A stretch of 64,000 nt of DNA from a virus, in the IMG/VR virus record IMGVR_UViG_2029527005_000007, positions 10,046 through 74,045 of that record; one strand, written 5' to 3'. The position numbers and the translations under genes are program-made. Positions 38,834 through 48,049 of the stretch are shown piece after piece. Below the pieces are notes generated by a model, which was given only the letters and a program-made list of their open reading frames with translations, did not search any database and was not told the origin of the DNA. Each line of letters opens with the position of its first letter. Positions within the stretch are counted from its first letter, which is position 1.

Positions 38834-39689
38834 CGGTTTTATTTAAAAGCTGAACAGCGTTATTAACGTAGAGAATGATCTCGGTGATAAGTTCGAGATT
38901 GGTCAGGGTCAAGACCAGAAGCTCATGTACGTGGTGTTCAGCCAGTTCTTTTAATTTGGTTTCAGGAAACGCTTTGGGTAACAACAGGCTTACATCATTT
39001 GCCGCCCACTGTTTCTTTCCTGTTAATAAACCAGGGAGTGTTGCAATACCTACGAAAGCACGCATCAGGTTATTAAGTTGATCACTTACGCTGAAAAACG
39101 TTAGGGTCGCTGACGGGTAGAGCGACGACCCGGTGTAATCCGCTTTCAGACGTTCAATAGCCGCTGTGACTTCTTCACCCGCATTAACCACCACATCCGC
39201 CGCTGGTTTGTAAGACAGTTCGACGGCACCATTTAATAATTCTTGTATGCGTTTGGTGTTAGCGAGATAGCTGTCAGTGCGCAGCATAATAAATGTTTGT
39301 GTCTCAACCACTTTGGTTAAGCTCTCCACGTATTCTTGCAAGTTAATTACGCGGTAGATGTTTGCGAGTTTTATGACATTGGCATTCTTGAAAGTATCAT
39401 AAAGACGATAAGGCCCCACCAGTTCATTATAACGATGAACAGTTTTGGTCCACAGGTTTGCATACCAGTTATAGATATAACCTATACGAACATCGTCTTC
39501 GCCGTAAAAGCGACCAGGCATACCGATATTAAAAGCAGATGCCTGACCGTGCAAGAACAGTTGTCCGCAGACGTAACGTGCATCGAAGCTTTCACGATCC
39601 AAGCAATAATCTTCCAGCCCGTCGACTAAGCGATCAACGATACTCTTAGTTGTGTTTGGCATGTTTGCCTCGAATAAAGTTAGTGACAT
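38796..39689 (-). CDS. Hypothetical protein
   Basis: 297-aa ORF. Confidence 0.65.
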   Translation of the reverse strand: MSLTLFEANMPNTTKSIVDRLVDGLEDYCLDRESFDARYVCGQLFLHGQASAFNIGMPGRFYGEDDVRIGYIYNWYANLWTKTVHRYNELVGPYRLYDTFKNANVIKLANIYRVINLQEYVESLTKVVETQTFIMLRTDSYLANTKRIQELLNGAVELSYKPAADVVVNAGEEVTAAIERLKADYTGSSLYPSATLTFFSVSDQLNNLMRAFVGIATLPGLLTGKKQWAANDVSLLLPKAFPETKLKELAEHHVHELLVLTLTNLELITEIILYVNNAVQLLNKTVDNLTSNPNEKL

Positions 39690-39693
39690 AAAA

Positions 39694-39721
39694 CTGATTA
39701 GGAGGCGAACCCCCTAATCAG
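39694..39721 (-). terminator. Hairpin/terminator
   Basis: CTGATTAGGAGG-CGAA-CCCCCTAATCAG, followed on the minus strand by TTTT. Confidence 0.6.
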
Positions 39722-39725
39722 CTGG

Positions 39726-40568
39726 TTACATTCTTCTTGGCACGATTGCTGCAATGGCGTTGGCTACACGACGTACATCGGAATAACCCATGGCTTGTGT
39801 CCAACTGGTTTTAAACAGCTCACGGTACTGGTTCCACGCATCGCGGTATTCAGAGATATCGTCACGGATAGCATCCAGACTTACCCCGCTACGGCGCACC
39901 GCTTCTTCCGCAGGACGTTTGCACGTACGGAAGATGTAGTTCTTGGTCGCGAGAATACAGAGATCACCAAACAGATCCCAGGAACGTGGGTCGATCACAG
40001 AAAGTGAATCGTCGTATTCCAGAATCATTTTGGCACACATGGAGAACAGCGGATTTGTCATGCCTTCGATAACGAACGAGTTGTTACCGTTCATGTGAAT
40101 GGTGGTAAACGAAGTAGGCATAGCGCGACTGCTTTGCAAGCTATCCAACATCCCGCTTAACATCTCATTCATTACACCTTGCCCGCACATTGACGCAGAG
40201 GAGTTTAAACCCAGCACACCTGTAACGGAGTTCAGTGAACCCAAGTACACCTCGGTGACGTTCACAATGTGACGACCGCCTGTGATATGAAGTGGGCATT
40301 TCACTTCAACGCAACCGTCACCCATGTCGCGTACACGACTTCCATAGAGATCAATGAATTCGGTTTTACCGCCATTGATTTTGCAGGAAGGCAGTACCGA
40401 TGCATGAATAACCTTTTCGCGTATGCCTTGCTCAACAGTGGTCTGGTCCACGTAGTCGTACCAGTTACCTGCAAAGTTACCGTTGGGATTAGCAAAGGCA
40501 AGCTCGAGCAAATACTGGTCGATGTCCGAGTTCTGAACCATGTTGATAGCGTGTTCAACGCAACTCAT
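39726..40568 (-). CDS. Conserved phiKZ-like probable virion protein
   Basis: 280 aa; GAGGG RBS; TATG motif upstream resembling phiKZ late promoters. Confidence 0.55.
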   Translation of the reverse strand: MSCVEHAINMVQNSDIDQYLLELAFANPNGNFAGNWYDYVDQTTVEQGIREKVIHASVLPSCKINGGKTEFIDLYGSRVRDMGDGCVEVKCPLHITGGRHIVNVTEVYLGSLNSVTGVLGLNSSASMCGQGVMNEMLSGMLDSLQSSRAMPTSFTTIHMNGNNSFVIEGMTNPLFSMCAKMILEYDDSLSVIDPRSWDLFGDLCILATKNYIFRTCKRPAEEAVRRSGVSLDAIRDDISEYRDAWNQYRELFKTSWTQAMGYSDVRRVANAIAAIVPRRM

Positions 40569-40624
40569 GTTTTCTACCCTCAGTAATGACTGTCATAGCA
40601 TTTATAATAGAATTAATCTGAAAC

Positions 40625-40642
40625 CTATATCATCTGGGTAGT
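40625..40642 (+). promoter_or_regulatory. Possible variant early promoter
   Basis: CTATATCATCTGGGTAGT at the start of a plus-strand gene cluster. Confidence 0.35.
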
Positions 40643-40680
40643 GTAAAATTATTTAAGCCGTTTTCGGTAGGAGAAAAGAA

Positions 40681-40977
40681 ATGAATATCCCAGCACCACG
40701 ACCTGTCAGTGATTTCACTGAAGAAGAAAAGCGTTACTTAGACGTACTTGACTTCCTTCAAAACACAAAAACACTGTATCGCATATTGCTTAATCGCCCT
40801 AACGTAAAACGCCACACCAAGGCCGAGATACGTCAGGCGCTGTATCAGATGGATGAAGTCGGTGATCGTTTAACCCGTAACTCATCCATGAAAGATTTGG
40901 ATGAGGGTTGGGTAACTATCCAAACGCATTTTAATCGTTACTGTGCGTTTTCTCAGCGCACCAGAAACCGGAGATAA
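40681..40977 (+). CDS. Hypothetical protein
   Basis: 98 aa, AGGAG RBS. Confidence 0.7.
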   Translation: MNIPAPRPVSDFTEEEKRYLDVLDFLQNTKTLYRILLNRPNVKRHTKAEIRQALYQMDEVGDRLTRNSSMKDLDEGWVTIQTHFNRYCAFSQRTRNRR

Positions 40978-40982
40978 CTACT

Positions 40983-41615
40983 ATGAGCATTCTTGACATT
41001 TTGGAGGATTACAACGGCACCGTATACCGGATGTCCGACAGTCGTTTTGCGTTAACCTTTTGGTTTGCCTTGCCTGAACGTAATGGCGGGGGTGAATTAA
41101 AAACCGTGTTCTTTGCAGATGCCGCTAACTGTAACCGTTTCGCTGCGGAACAAACGCAAGACAACTTCAAGCCCACTGTTTATAATCTGGGCAAACCGCA
41201 GTACGATGAGCAGTTTGGTTTTTCTGCTTACGGCGTAATTTCAAAGAACTTACGCGAAGCTTTTTGTTATCGTTTATTGCATCCTTCCAAGGACATTTTG
41301 AAAGGAACGATTCTTACGCGGGATCAAGTTGATGAGCGAATCAAACGAGGGCTGTCGGTAACTATGCAGTCTCGGTGCGAAGACGATCGGGAGGTGTGCT
41401 TCTTCACGGACAATTGTTTGTTCGGCTACACTATCCTGCCTGCGTCTTTTGTTTCAACAACGTTCTCGAGTCCTTTCCGGGTTACTCCACAAGAAGGCGT
41501 CGAGCACGGCTATATTACGGATGTCGACCAGTTCCTTAAAGTCTATGGTCAAGACGTAAAGATCCTGTGGGATATTAACGGGTTGTTGGATGAACTGAAT
41601 ATTCCAGAGGAATAA
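40983..41615 (+). CDS. Hypothetical protein
   Basis: 210 aa, GGAG RBS. Confidence 0.7.
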   Translation: MSILDILEDYNGTVYRMSDSRFALTFWFALPERNGGGELKTVFFADAANCNRFAAEQTQDNFKPTVYNLGKPQYDEQFGFSAYGVISKNLREAFCYRLLHPSKDILKGTILTRDQVDERIKRGLSVTMQSRCEDDREVCFFTDNCLFGYTILPASFVSTTFSSPFRVTPQEGVEHGYITDVDQFLKVYGQDVKILWDINGLLDELNIPEE

Positions 41616-41659
41616 ATAATAACAAATGGGCAAAGTGTCCCATCATTGAGACTAGCATC

Positions 41660-42019
41660 ATGATTATTGCATTATTCGTTACGACAATCCTGCTCATTGT
41701 TGGAGTGGTGATGTATTCACTGTGGTCTGTATACACCACAGATGAAAGTATCCGTCGCAGCATTGAGATCCAGCGCGGTAACAAGATCGTTGCCAAAGTA
41801 ACGCGTGGGAAGACGCTGTATCGCTTCACACTTCCTTACGACGAGCTAAGTGTTGGGTTATCTGACCTTACGCTTAAACTCATGGTAGAAGACGCGATAG
41901 TGCGTGCAGTACATGCATACAAACCCGGGAAAGAGAACACGGAACACGAATTCTTTTTAACGACGCAATATGCTACTAAGCACGCGCCTTTTCATGCACA
42001 ACGGATAATTCCCGCTTAG
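41660..42019 (+). CDS. Membrane-anchored hypothetical protein
   Basis: N-terminal TM helix MIIALFVTTILLIVGVVMYSLW. Confidence 0.65.
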   Translation: MIIALFVTTILLIVGVVMYSLWSVYTTDESIRRSIEIQRGNKIVAKVTRGKTLYRFTLPYDELSVGLSDLTLKLMVEDAIVRAVHAYKPGKENTEHEFFLTTQYATKHAPFHAQRIIPA

Positions 42020-42045
42020 GCTTTATTAGTAAAAATATAATCTGA

Positions 42046-42075
42046 CACTGCAGAGGGAAACCTCTGTGGTGTTTG
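42046..42075 (+). terminator. Hairpin/terminator
   Basis: CACTGCAGAGG-GAAA-CCTCTGTGGTG followed by TTTGT. Confidence 0.5.
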
Positions 42076-42107
42076 TCTGTCTGTTTGTTTTAATAATGGG
42101 GTAGTAA

Positions 42108-42491
42108 ATGCTTAATATAAAAGTAGATTCGATGGAAGAAGAAGGGCGTAACTCCAAACTCGTTGCGCGGGTTAGAAACAAATTCTTCATTGTAACGTTA
42201 GTGCGTAAAACTGACAAACCCACTGATGAAGAAATGCTTAAAGTTATTTCAGCAGTAATGGGTGATTATCAACAGCTTCTCAAATCCGAACAACATTCAC
42301 TTGGGACACCTACCAAAGTTGTGGAAGTTGAATACTTTTGGGATTGGGAGAGAGATAAAGAAAGTGGTAAAATGAGCGGTAGTTTATTTGACCATCCGCA
42401 TTTCAATGGCGTTGCTGGGATGAAATACTTTTCTCCGCTGCAAGCTGAAAAATTATTACCTATACTCGAGGAGGAGTTTGGAAATGAGTAA
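42108..42491 (+). CDS. Hypothetical protein
   Basis: 127-aa ORF with GGGG RBS. Confidence 0.65.
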   Translation: MLNIKVDSMEEEGRNSKLVARVRNKFFIVTLVRKTDKPTDEEMLKVISAVMGDYQQLLKSEQHSLGTPTKVVEVEYFWDWERDKESGKMSGSLFDHPHFNGVAGMKYFSPLQAEKLLPILEEEFGNE

Positions 42492-43002
42492 CACTAAGAA
42501 GTTGTCTGACATGCTTACCTGGGTTAATCACGGCGAACGGTTTGTTGAGGGTATGAACGGTAACCTGGTCCCGCACGTGAAAGAAGCCTACCGCTTGATC
42601 CGCGATGCGGTGAAAAAGGAGATGGTTGATCTACCGGAGCTCGACGGACTGGTAAAGAGCATGAAACAGATGCAGCAGAACGGAACCAATCCTTATAACG
42701 GTTATGAGCAGAGCGTTCTGATTGACCGCTACCGGGAACTGAAGCAAGCTCTGTGGGTTCAACGCTGCGACTACCTGGCAGCACTGAAAGCTGTGGAGCA
42801 CACGCTGTCTGACAAACTCAGCGAGCTGCTCCGCCTGGAAGCAGGTAATTGGCAGACCGTTACTTCTGTTCGCACCGAGCTGGATGCTGTGCGTGACAAG
42901 ATCAGTGGTGTTGAAGAGCAAAAGGAAAACGTGTTTTTCAAACAGCGCATGATCAAAGAAGCCGTTCTACTCAACAAGTTTTACGCAGGAGAAAAGATCT
43001 GA
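42484..43002 (+). CDS. Coiled-coil hypothetical protein
   Basis: GGAGGAG RBS; helical heptad-like composition. Confidence 0.7.
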   Translation: MSNTKKLSDMLTWVNHGERFVEGMNGNLVPHVKEAYRLIRDAVKKEMVDLPELDGLVKSMKQMQQNGTNPYNGYEQSVLIDRYRELKQALWVQRCDYLAALKAVEHTLSDKLSELLRLEAGNWQTVTSVRTELDAVRDKISGVEEQKENVFFKQRMIKEAVLLNKFYAGEKI

Positions 43003-43042
43003 AAGCGCACTTCACAACAGGAAGGTTGATTAATTAATAAGT

Positions 43043-43070
43043 GCTACTCACTCCACACGGAGTGAGTAGC
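43043..43070 (+). terminator. Stem-loop upstream of the HNH gene
   Basis: GCTACTCACTCC-ACAC-GGAGTGAGTAGC, directly before the RBS. Confidence 0.55.
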
Positions 43071-43085
43071 TTCATAGGAGCAGGC

Positions 43086-43865
43086 ATGAATACAGTAAAA
43101 GATTTATTAACAAAAGAAGAGATGGGGGAATATGACGCAATAGGTTTTCCTGGCAACGTAAGGGTGTTACACAACGCGTTAATAAAGAAGTTGGAAACTG
43201 ACCCAGATTATGAGGTGTGGGTTCCTACACGCTATTACAGCTACGGTGTGAAGGATCAGACCAATGCACTGATCGATTTAAAAACGGTTCACTACATGGT
43301 GAGCAACAAAGGAACAGTTAAAAGTATCAGGCACAAAAAAGAACTCAAGCCAGAACACAGTTCTTCCTACGTCAGGTACAAGTTTTATATTGAAGGTAGC
43401 GTATTCAGAATGCGGACACATCGTTTAGTGGCTTCGTGTTTTGTTCCGCGTAAAGAACCTTTTGAAGAAACTCCTTTTAGTGAATTGGAAGTAAACCACA
43501 TCGACACAGATAAACTCCACAATGACTTCCGTAATTTAGAGTGGTGTAGTGGTAAGCATAATTTAGCTCACGCTAAAGAAAATGGCTTGTACGTTACCGC
43601 TCCTTTGCTGGTGGAAGTTTGCATCGAAGGCAAGTACAAAGGTTTTAAGTTTACGGTTGATTCAAAGAGGAAAGGTTGCGAATTCCTCAAAGGCGGATAT
43701 TACAAAGGAATTAATCGATCAATCGAACATGGTTCCATCATTAAGGGATGTAAGTGGAGTTTCGCCTCTATCGAGGATATCGAAAAGTTCGGAGGTGTGA
43801 TTGTTCCTCTTGAGTTGAGAGAGATGATAATCAATCATAATCGTCGAAATATCACACCTCCTTAA
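43086..43865 (+). CDS. Free-standing HNH homing endonuclease (NUMOD4-HNH type)
   Basis: YMVSNKGTVKS, THRLVASCFVP, EVNHIDTDKLHNDFRNLEWCSGKHNLAH; AGGAG RBS; A-rich codon use unlike its neighbours. Confidence 0.85.
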   Translation: MNTVKDLLTKEEMGEYDAIGFPGNVRVLHNALIKKLETDPDYEVWVPTRYYSYGVKDQTNALIDLKTVHYMVSNKGTVKSIRHKKELKPEHSSSYVRYKFYIEGSVFRMRTHRLVASCFVPRKEPFEETPFSELEVNHIDTDKLHNDFRNLEWCSGKHNLAHAKENGLYVTAPLLVEVCIEGKYKGFKFTVDSKRKGCEFLKGGYYKGINRSIEHGSIIKGCKWSFASIEDIEKFGGVIVPLELREMIINHNRRNITPP

Positions 43866-43920
43866 CGGGGGTGTTTTATCTCGTTTTAATATTTTTTCAT
43901 TGTATTTACTAATCTTATGG

Positions 43921-44180
43921 ATTCCTTTGGGGGAAACCCCAGGAAGGGGGCTATTCACCTTACTTACTATATATTACTATTATTACTAATTACACTAGGT
44001 AAAGTAAGGTGAATCATAGTAAGAGGGATTGGCACGTTACTTTATATATTTATAATAAGTATTACTATATACACTAGGGTAAGTAACGTGGGTAGGAAGA
44101 ATTAGAAAGCTCTGTAGGGAAGAAAAAGACTACCATTAACTATACCTTCTCTAACTCCGTAAAAGGGGTTAGAAAGGACA
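43921..44180. repeat. AT-rich locus with two related inverted-repeat units
   Basis: 13-bp IR 43953-43965/44002-44014 and 10-bp IR 44033-44042/44081-44090, each around an AT-rich spacer. Confidence 0.75.
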
Positions 44181-44201
44181 GAGATAAAAAAGATTATAGA
44201 T

Positions 44202-44219
44202 CTATATTACTTGGGAGTA
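44202..44219 (+). promoter_or_regulatory. Putative early promoter
   Basis: CTATATTACTTGGGAGTA. Confidence 0.6.
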
Positions 44220-44302
44220 GTAACTGTAATAAAACATAACTCTATTGCTTATTAAGGGTAGGGTCCATAAACGAACTTAACAAGGATTGGAGGAAACGTT
44301 TC

Positions 44303-44746
44303 ATGCAAGAGGTTATTAATACCGCTGAAGATTTAGTAGTGGCTGTTAAGCGGGATGTTAAGCTGTTAACCGACAAGGTACACCATATCCGTAATACCGA
44401 GGACATTGGTTTAAAGACCATGGCGAAGTTGCACGGCATTTTGATGGACTGTAAGGCGCGACTTCAGCAGGTCAAGCGTTGGGAAGGACAACTCATGGAT
44501 ATTGAGATCGTCCGTGCTGAATGGACGCGGTTCAAGGGTTGGTTAAAAGATACCTGGGCAAAAGTAGATACCATCATGGAGATGGATCGAGTGATTACCG
44601 TAGCGGATTGCGAAGCCGCGGAGAAGCAAGAGCCGTGGTATCAGCCGATTAAGAACCGCAACAGCATTGTGGGTGGGTTGTTAGTGTTGTTTGCGACTGC
44701 CATGGTAATCATTGCCATTTCGAACCTGTCTTACATTTTGGCATAA
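44303..44746 (+). CDS. Hypothetical protein with C-terminal TM helix
   Basis: GGAGG RBS; IVGGLLVLFATAMVIIAISNLSYILA. Confidence 0.7.
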   Translation: MQEVINTAEDLVVAVKRDVKLLTDKVHHIRNTEDIGLKTMAKLHGILMDCKARLQQVKRWEGQLMDIEIVRAEWTRFKGWLKDTWAKVDTIMEMDRVITVADCEAAEKQEPWYQPIKNRNSIVGGLLVLFATAMVIIAISNLSYILA

Positions 44747-44758
44747 TAAATAAAAAGA

Positions 44759-45172
44759 GTGATAATGGATAGCTTTAAAACCGGTAAGCGAAAATCACAC
44801 CCCTATCTAAACGTAGGGGTCTGCTTCAATTCGAGTGTGGGGGTGCGTACATTAAGTTTTATTCACCCCTTTACTCACAAACCGTTTGTGCTTTTAACCG
44901 ATATACAACCGCACCACGTGTGGGGACAAGATGAACAGGACCTTTATCTCGAAAACATAAACGCTTTGTTGGAGTTGTACGCCCACGAGCAAGCAGAACC
45001 GCATATCAGCATGTACGAGTGCAACAGGGTGGGTCAAGCTATGCCTGTAAACACACCTATCGAAAAAGATATCGCGCGCAGGGCATTTAGAAACGAACTC
45101 AACTGGCTAACTAACATAACCATACAGCGGGATAACCGTTGTATGCAGTTACTATCAATCGTAAACATTTAA
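44759..45172 (+). CDS. Hypothetical protein
   Basis: 137-aa ORF. Confidence 0.6.
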   Translation: MIMDSFKTGKRKSHPYLNVGVCFNSSVGVRTLSFIHPFTHKPFVLLTDIQPHHVWGQDEQDLYLENINALLELYAHEQAEPHISMYECNRVGQAMPVNTPIEKDIARRAFRNELNWLTNITIQRDNRCMQLLSIVNI

Positions 45173-45188
45173 TCAAAAGGACAGTACC

Positions 45189-46439
45189 ATGATTCAGACC
45201 GCTTTCGACTTAACCAACCTCAATATGCGCCACGTTACCCTGCCAAACTTGGGCCCGGTATTCCTGGTGGATAACTTCGGCTTTGTCGCTGCTTCTTCAC
45301 AAGAAGGTGTTATCCAAACTATCGCTCATTACCTGGGTAAGCATCGCCAACCCAAACCCTTAAACTATTTGGTGAGAGAGCTCTACGAGATGGGGGCTGT
45401 ACCATTGCTGGCCGCAGTAAACCACTCCGCCTATGCTATTTACAAGCTCGAAGATCATTGGGGTATTGAGTTTGTCGGCACCAATGCTCTTTATGAAGTG
45501 ACTTCCCAGGAACACGTCTTTGCAGTATTAAGACATGATAACGTGCGCCGCGAATTAGGGGCTAACAGGATCAGTGACCGGAGTAAGTTACCTGACCCTA
45601 TTTACGTGGGCTTTACCGCGCTTGGCATGACACAGTCCCGCATGATGCCAATGGGGGTGACGGTTACACGTATCCCGGCGAAAGCTAACAGCAAGGCGAT
45701 ATGGGACACAGGTGCCATCGCAGAGGCGCTCGATAAAGCCACACAGAGCGAACCTGCTGAAGCTAAACCCAAAGACGATCACGAAGCAAAGTTACTCGCT
45801 AAGTTATCGGCTTCGTTAGCAGATTATAACAACCCTTATCACGGTAATCGTTCAGAGGCGCTGAAATCTGTTGTTGAAACCATCAACGAGATTGAACGCC
45901 TGTACCCGCGTGAAAAGAAAACGTCTTTACCTTCATCGCTGGGCGAAACATTGCTGGGGTACGGTCAACTGCCTTTCTGGTTAGGAACCTTCGGGAACGA
46001 CCACTCCCAACATCCGATGGCGCAGATTTACCAGTTCCCGTTACAAACGGTTTCGGAAACTTTGACTGCCATCCTCAAGCGTGAAGAGCACGAAGCTGGA
46101 ACTACGAAGAAACCTGGTTTCTCTATCAAACATATCAACGAGCTCTCCTCAGTGATTACGGATAAAACGTTTGGCGGTAAGCTGACGATTTATTACGCCA
46201 ACGCAGAAGAGAAAGACAAACTGTTTGAGCGTTTGAACAGTCTGGTAGAACTGATCCTCACCGGTGAAAACTTTATCAAGTTCTCCTTCGACATTCTTGA
46301 GAAGGGTGTGCAAGATACCTGGGTGTTCGAAAACGTTACCATCAGTGGTCCGGTAATGCTTACTGGTCGCATGGTGTTAACCAACATCAATCTGCATTCA
46401 GGAAGCTATTGCGAAGCGACCATGACAGGCTGGAAGTAA
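45189..46439 (+). CDS. Hypothetical protein
   Basis: 416 aa, AAGGA RBS. Confidence 0.75.
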   Translation: MIQTAFDLTNLNMRHVTLPNLGPVFLVDNFGFVAASSQEGVIQTIAHYLGKHRQPKPLNYLVRELYEMGAVPLLAAVNHSAYAIYKLEDHWGIEFVGTNALYEVTSQEHVFAVLRHDNVRRELGANRISDRSKLPDPIYVGFTALGMTQSRMMPMGVTVTRIPAKANSKAIWDTGAIAEALDKATQSEPAEAKPKDDHEAKLLAKLSASLADYNNPYHGNRSEALKSVVETINEIERLYPREKKTSLPSSLGETLLGYGQLPFWLGTFGNDHSQHPMAQIYQFPLQTVSETLTAILKREEHEAGTTKKPGFSIKHINELSSVITDKTFGGKLTIYYANAEEKDKLFERLNSLVELILTGENFIKFSFDILEKGVQDTWVFENVTISGPVMLTGRMVLTNINLHSGSYCEATMTGWK

Positions 46440-46446
46440 TCTACAT

Positions 46447-46475
46447 GGGGAGTTTCGACTCCCCTAATCTTTTAA
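46447..46475 (+). terminator. Intrinsic terminator
   Basis: GGGGAGT-TTCG-ACTCCCC then TAATCTTTT. Confidence 0.6.
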
Positions 46476-46586
46476 CTGTTTAAGTGATGAGAAGACAGCA
46501 ATAAGTGGACTTTTCAGAGTCTATTTAATCTTTTTTCACTGACAACTTATCTTACTGTAACTGAACCGCATTTCTAAGGATTCCAA

Positions 46587-47246
46587 ATGGGCATCAACCT
46601 GTTAACCGCGACCGAGATCAAAGTTGACCGTTTAAACCGTGACACCAAAACCACCCTGCACAGTAAAGCCATTACGGTCGACCTGTTATGGCAGGAAAGA
46701 CACGGCGGCTTCTCAGGTAAGGTTATGTATTTGCCAAACGAAAAGAAACGCTACCTGGCCGTGCCAATGCAGTTCTATAACGTTATCGGCAACCATAACA
46801 AGGTCGTGATGTTAACGGAAGGCTTTGGGTCTATCGTAACCCGAGCAAGCGAAGAGGCATTAGGTGGTCGCTACAGTTCCAAGCTCTTCCACGCTACTCT
46901 GGTGGATGATGCTAACGCTTTGCTGGACAATGAGGATGTGCGTAAGAGACTCAATCTTACTTACCTTTTCAATGCCGGTGATCTTAATTACCCCTCAGTT
47001 ATCATAGGGGATAACAAAAAGGTCCGCACCTTCATGGAGGCGATGGACCCAGAACAAGCAAGTTTAGACATGTTTGGTGAATACGCCAAGTTGGGGAAAC
47101 TGGTTTGTATTCATCGTAAATCGAAAAATGCTGCACCAGACTCAGTTATTTTTGGTCTACTGACTGCCACTGGTATCTTATACCGTTTAGAAGTTGAAGA
47201 CGAAAAAGTTATCGGTTACGCAGCAATCGGCTGTATAGACCTTTAA
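46587..47246 (+). CDS. Hypothetical protein
   Basis: 219 aa, AAGGA RBS. Confidence 0.7.
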   Translation: MGINLLTATEIKVDRLNRDTKTTLHSKAITVDLLWQERHGGFSGKVMYLPNEKKRYLAVPMQFYNVIGNHNKVVMLTEGFGSIVTRASEEALGGRYSSKLFHATLVDDANALLDNEDVRKRLNLTYLFNAGDLNYPSVIIGDNKKVRTFMEAMDPEQASLDMFGEYAKLGKLVCIHRKSKNAAPDSVIFGLLTATGILYRLEVEDEKVIGYAAIGCIDL

Positions 47247-47305
47247 GAAAAATCCACCATACGTAGTAACTTTGATCAATTCTTTTACTTAATAAGGTAA
47301 TACCC

Positions 47306-47938
47306 ATGACTACAATTGTTTATGCTGATGGCGTTCTGGCTTCCGATTCTCAGGTTACTCAGGGTTTCAACATTAAGCTTCCTACCAAAATGCAGAAGAT
47401 CTACGAACCTGCGGAAGGCAAGCGCTGGACTCTGTACGGCAAACGTATCCTGGCAATCGGCGTAGCTGGTGACGCAGCAGGTATCTACGAACTGATGGAC
47501 CACCTTGAAAAAGGCATCATGTTCGATACCAAAGGTAAACAAGACGCGTGGATCAACTGTATTGCCGTCGCTGACGACAAATCCATCTTTATCCTGGACA
47601 CCTATGGCGATCGCAAACACGCGATGTTCGTGAACCTGCCGGCGGATGCGAAGTACTCTCTGGGATCTGGTGGTGAAATCGCAACGGCGTATCTGGCAAT
47701 CGGCAAAAAGCCCGCGGAAGTAATCAAGCTGACCTCTAAGCTTGATAGCTTTACTGGTGGTGATGTGCAGGTGTGGACCTTCCCTGAAGTATTGCCGGCT
47801 GATGTTAAGCCAGCTGAAATCCCGGCCGACCAGCAGGCGCTGATCACTAAAGTTGCAGGTGAACTTGATGCGATCCGTCATTCTGCGCTGGAAAAAGCAA
47901 CTGCTGAAATCCTGGAACGTACCAAAGCTTCAGCATAA
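47306..47938 (+). CDS. Ntn-hydrolase, HslV/proteasome-beta-like protein
   Basis: M-TTIVYADGVLASDSQ, KIYE, LGSGG, DSFTGG match the Thr1/Asp17/Lys33/Ser129/Asp166 pattern. Confidence 0.7.
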   Translation: MTTIVYADGVLASDSQVTQGFNIKLPTKMQKIYEPAEGKRWTLYGKRILAIGVAGDAAGIYELMDHLEKGIMFDTKGKQDAWINCIAVADDKSIFILDTYGDRKHAMFVNLPADAKYSLGSGGEIATAYLAIGKKPAEVIKLTSKLDSFTGGDVQVWTFPEVLPADVKPAEIPADQQALITKVAGELDAIRHSALEKATAEILERTKASA

Positions 47939-47957
47939 GCAAAGAAGTCATACGACC

Positions 47958-47989
47958 ACTACCTACCCCCGCAAAGGGTAGGTAGTTTT
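47958..47989 (+). terminator. Intrinsic terminator
   Basis: ACTACCTACCC-CCGCAAA-GGGTAGGTAGT-TTT. Confidence 0.75.
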
Positions 47990-48049
47990 ATGTATGATTT
48001 TTTACTATTCCGTTTATCCCTTGTGTTATTAACTACTGAGTACAGTCAT

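Noticed and set aside
43041-43085. Track start GTG 43041 for the HNH gene
   Set aside because: Lies at the edge of the upstream hairpin; ATG 43086 has an AGGAG RBS
43950-44100. CRISPR or mini-array reading of the AT-rich repeats
   Set aside because: Only two degenerate units, no constant repeat with unique spacers, no cas genes
41660-44746. Holin or spanin call for the single-TM ORFs (41660 and 44303)
   Set aside because: No lipobox, no adjacent endolysin, and early-type context
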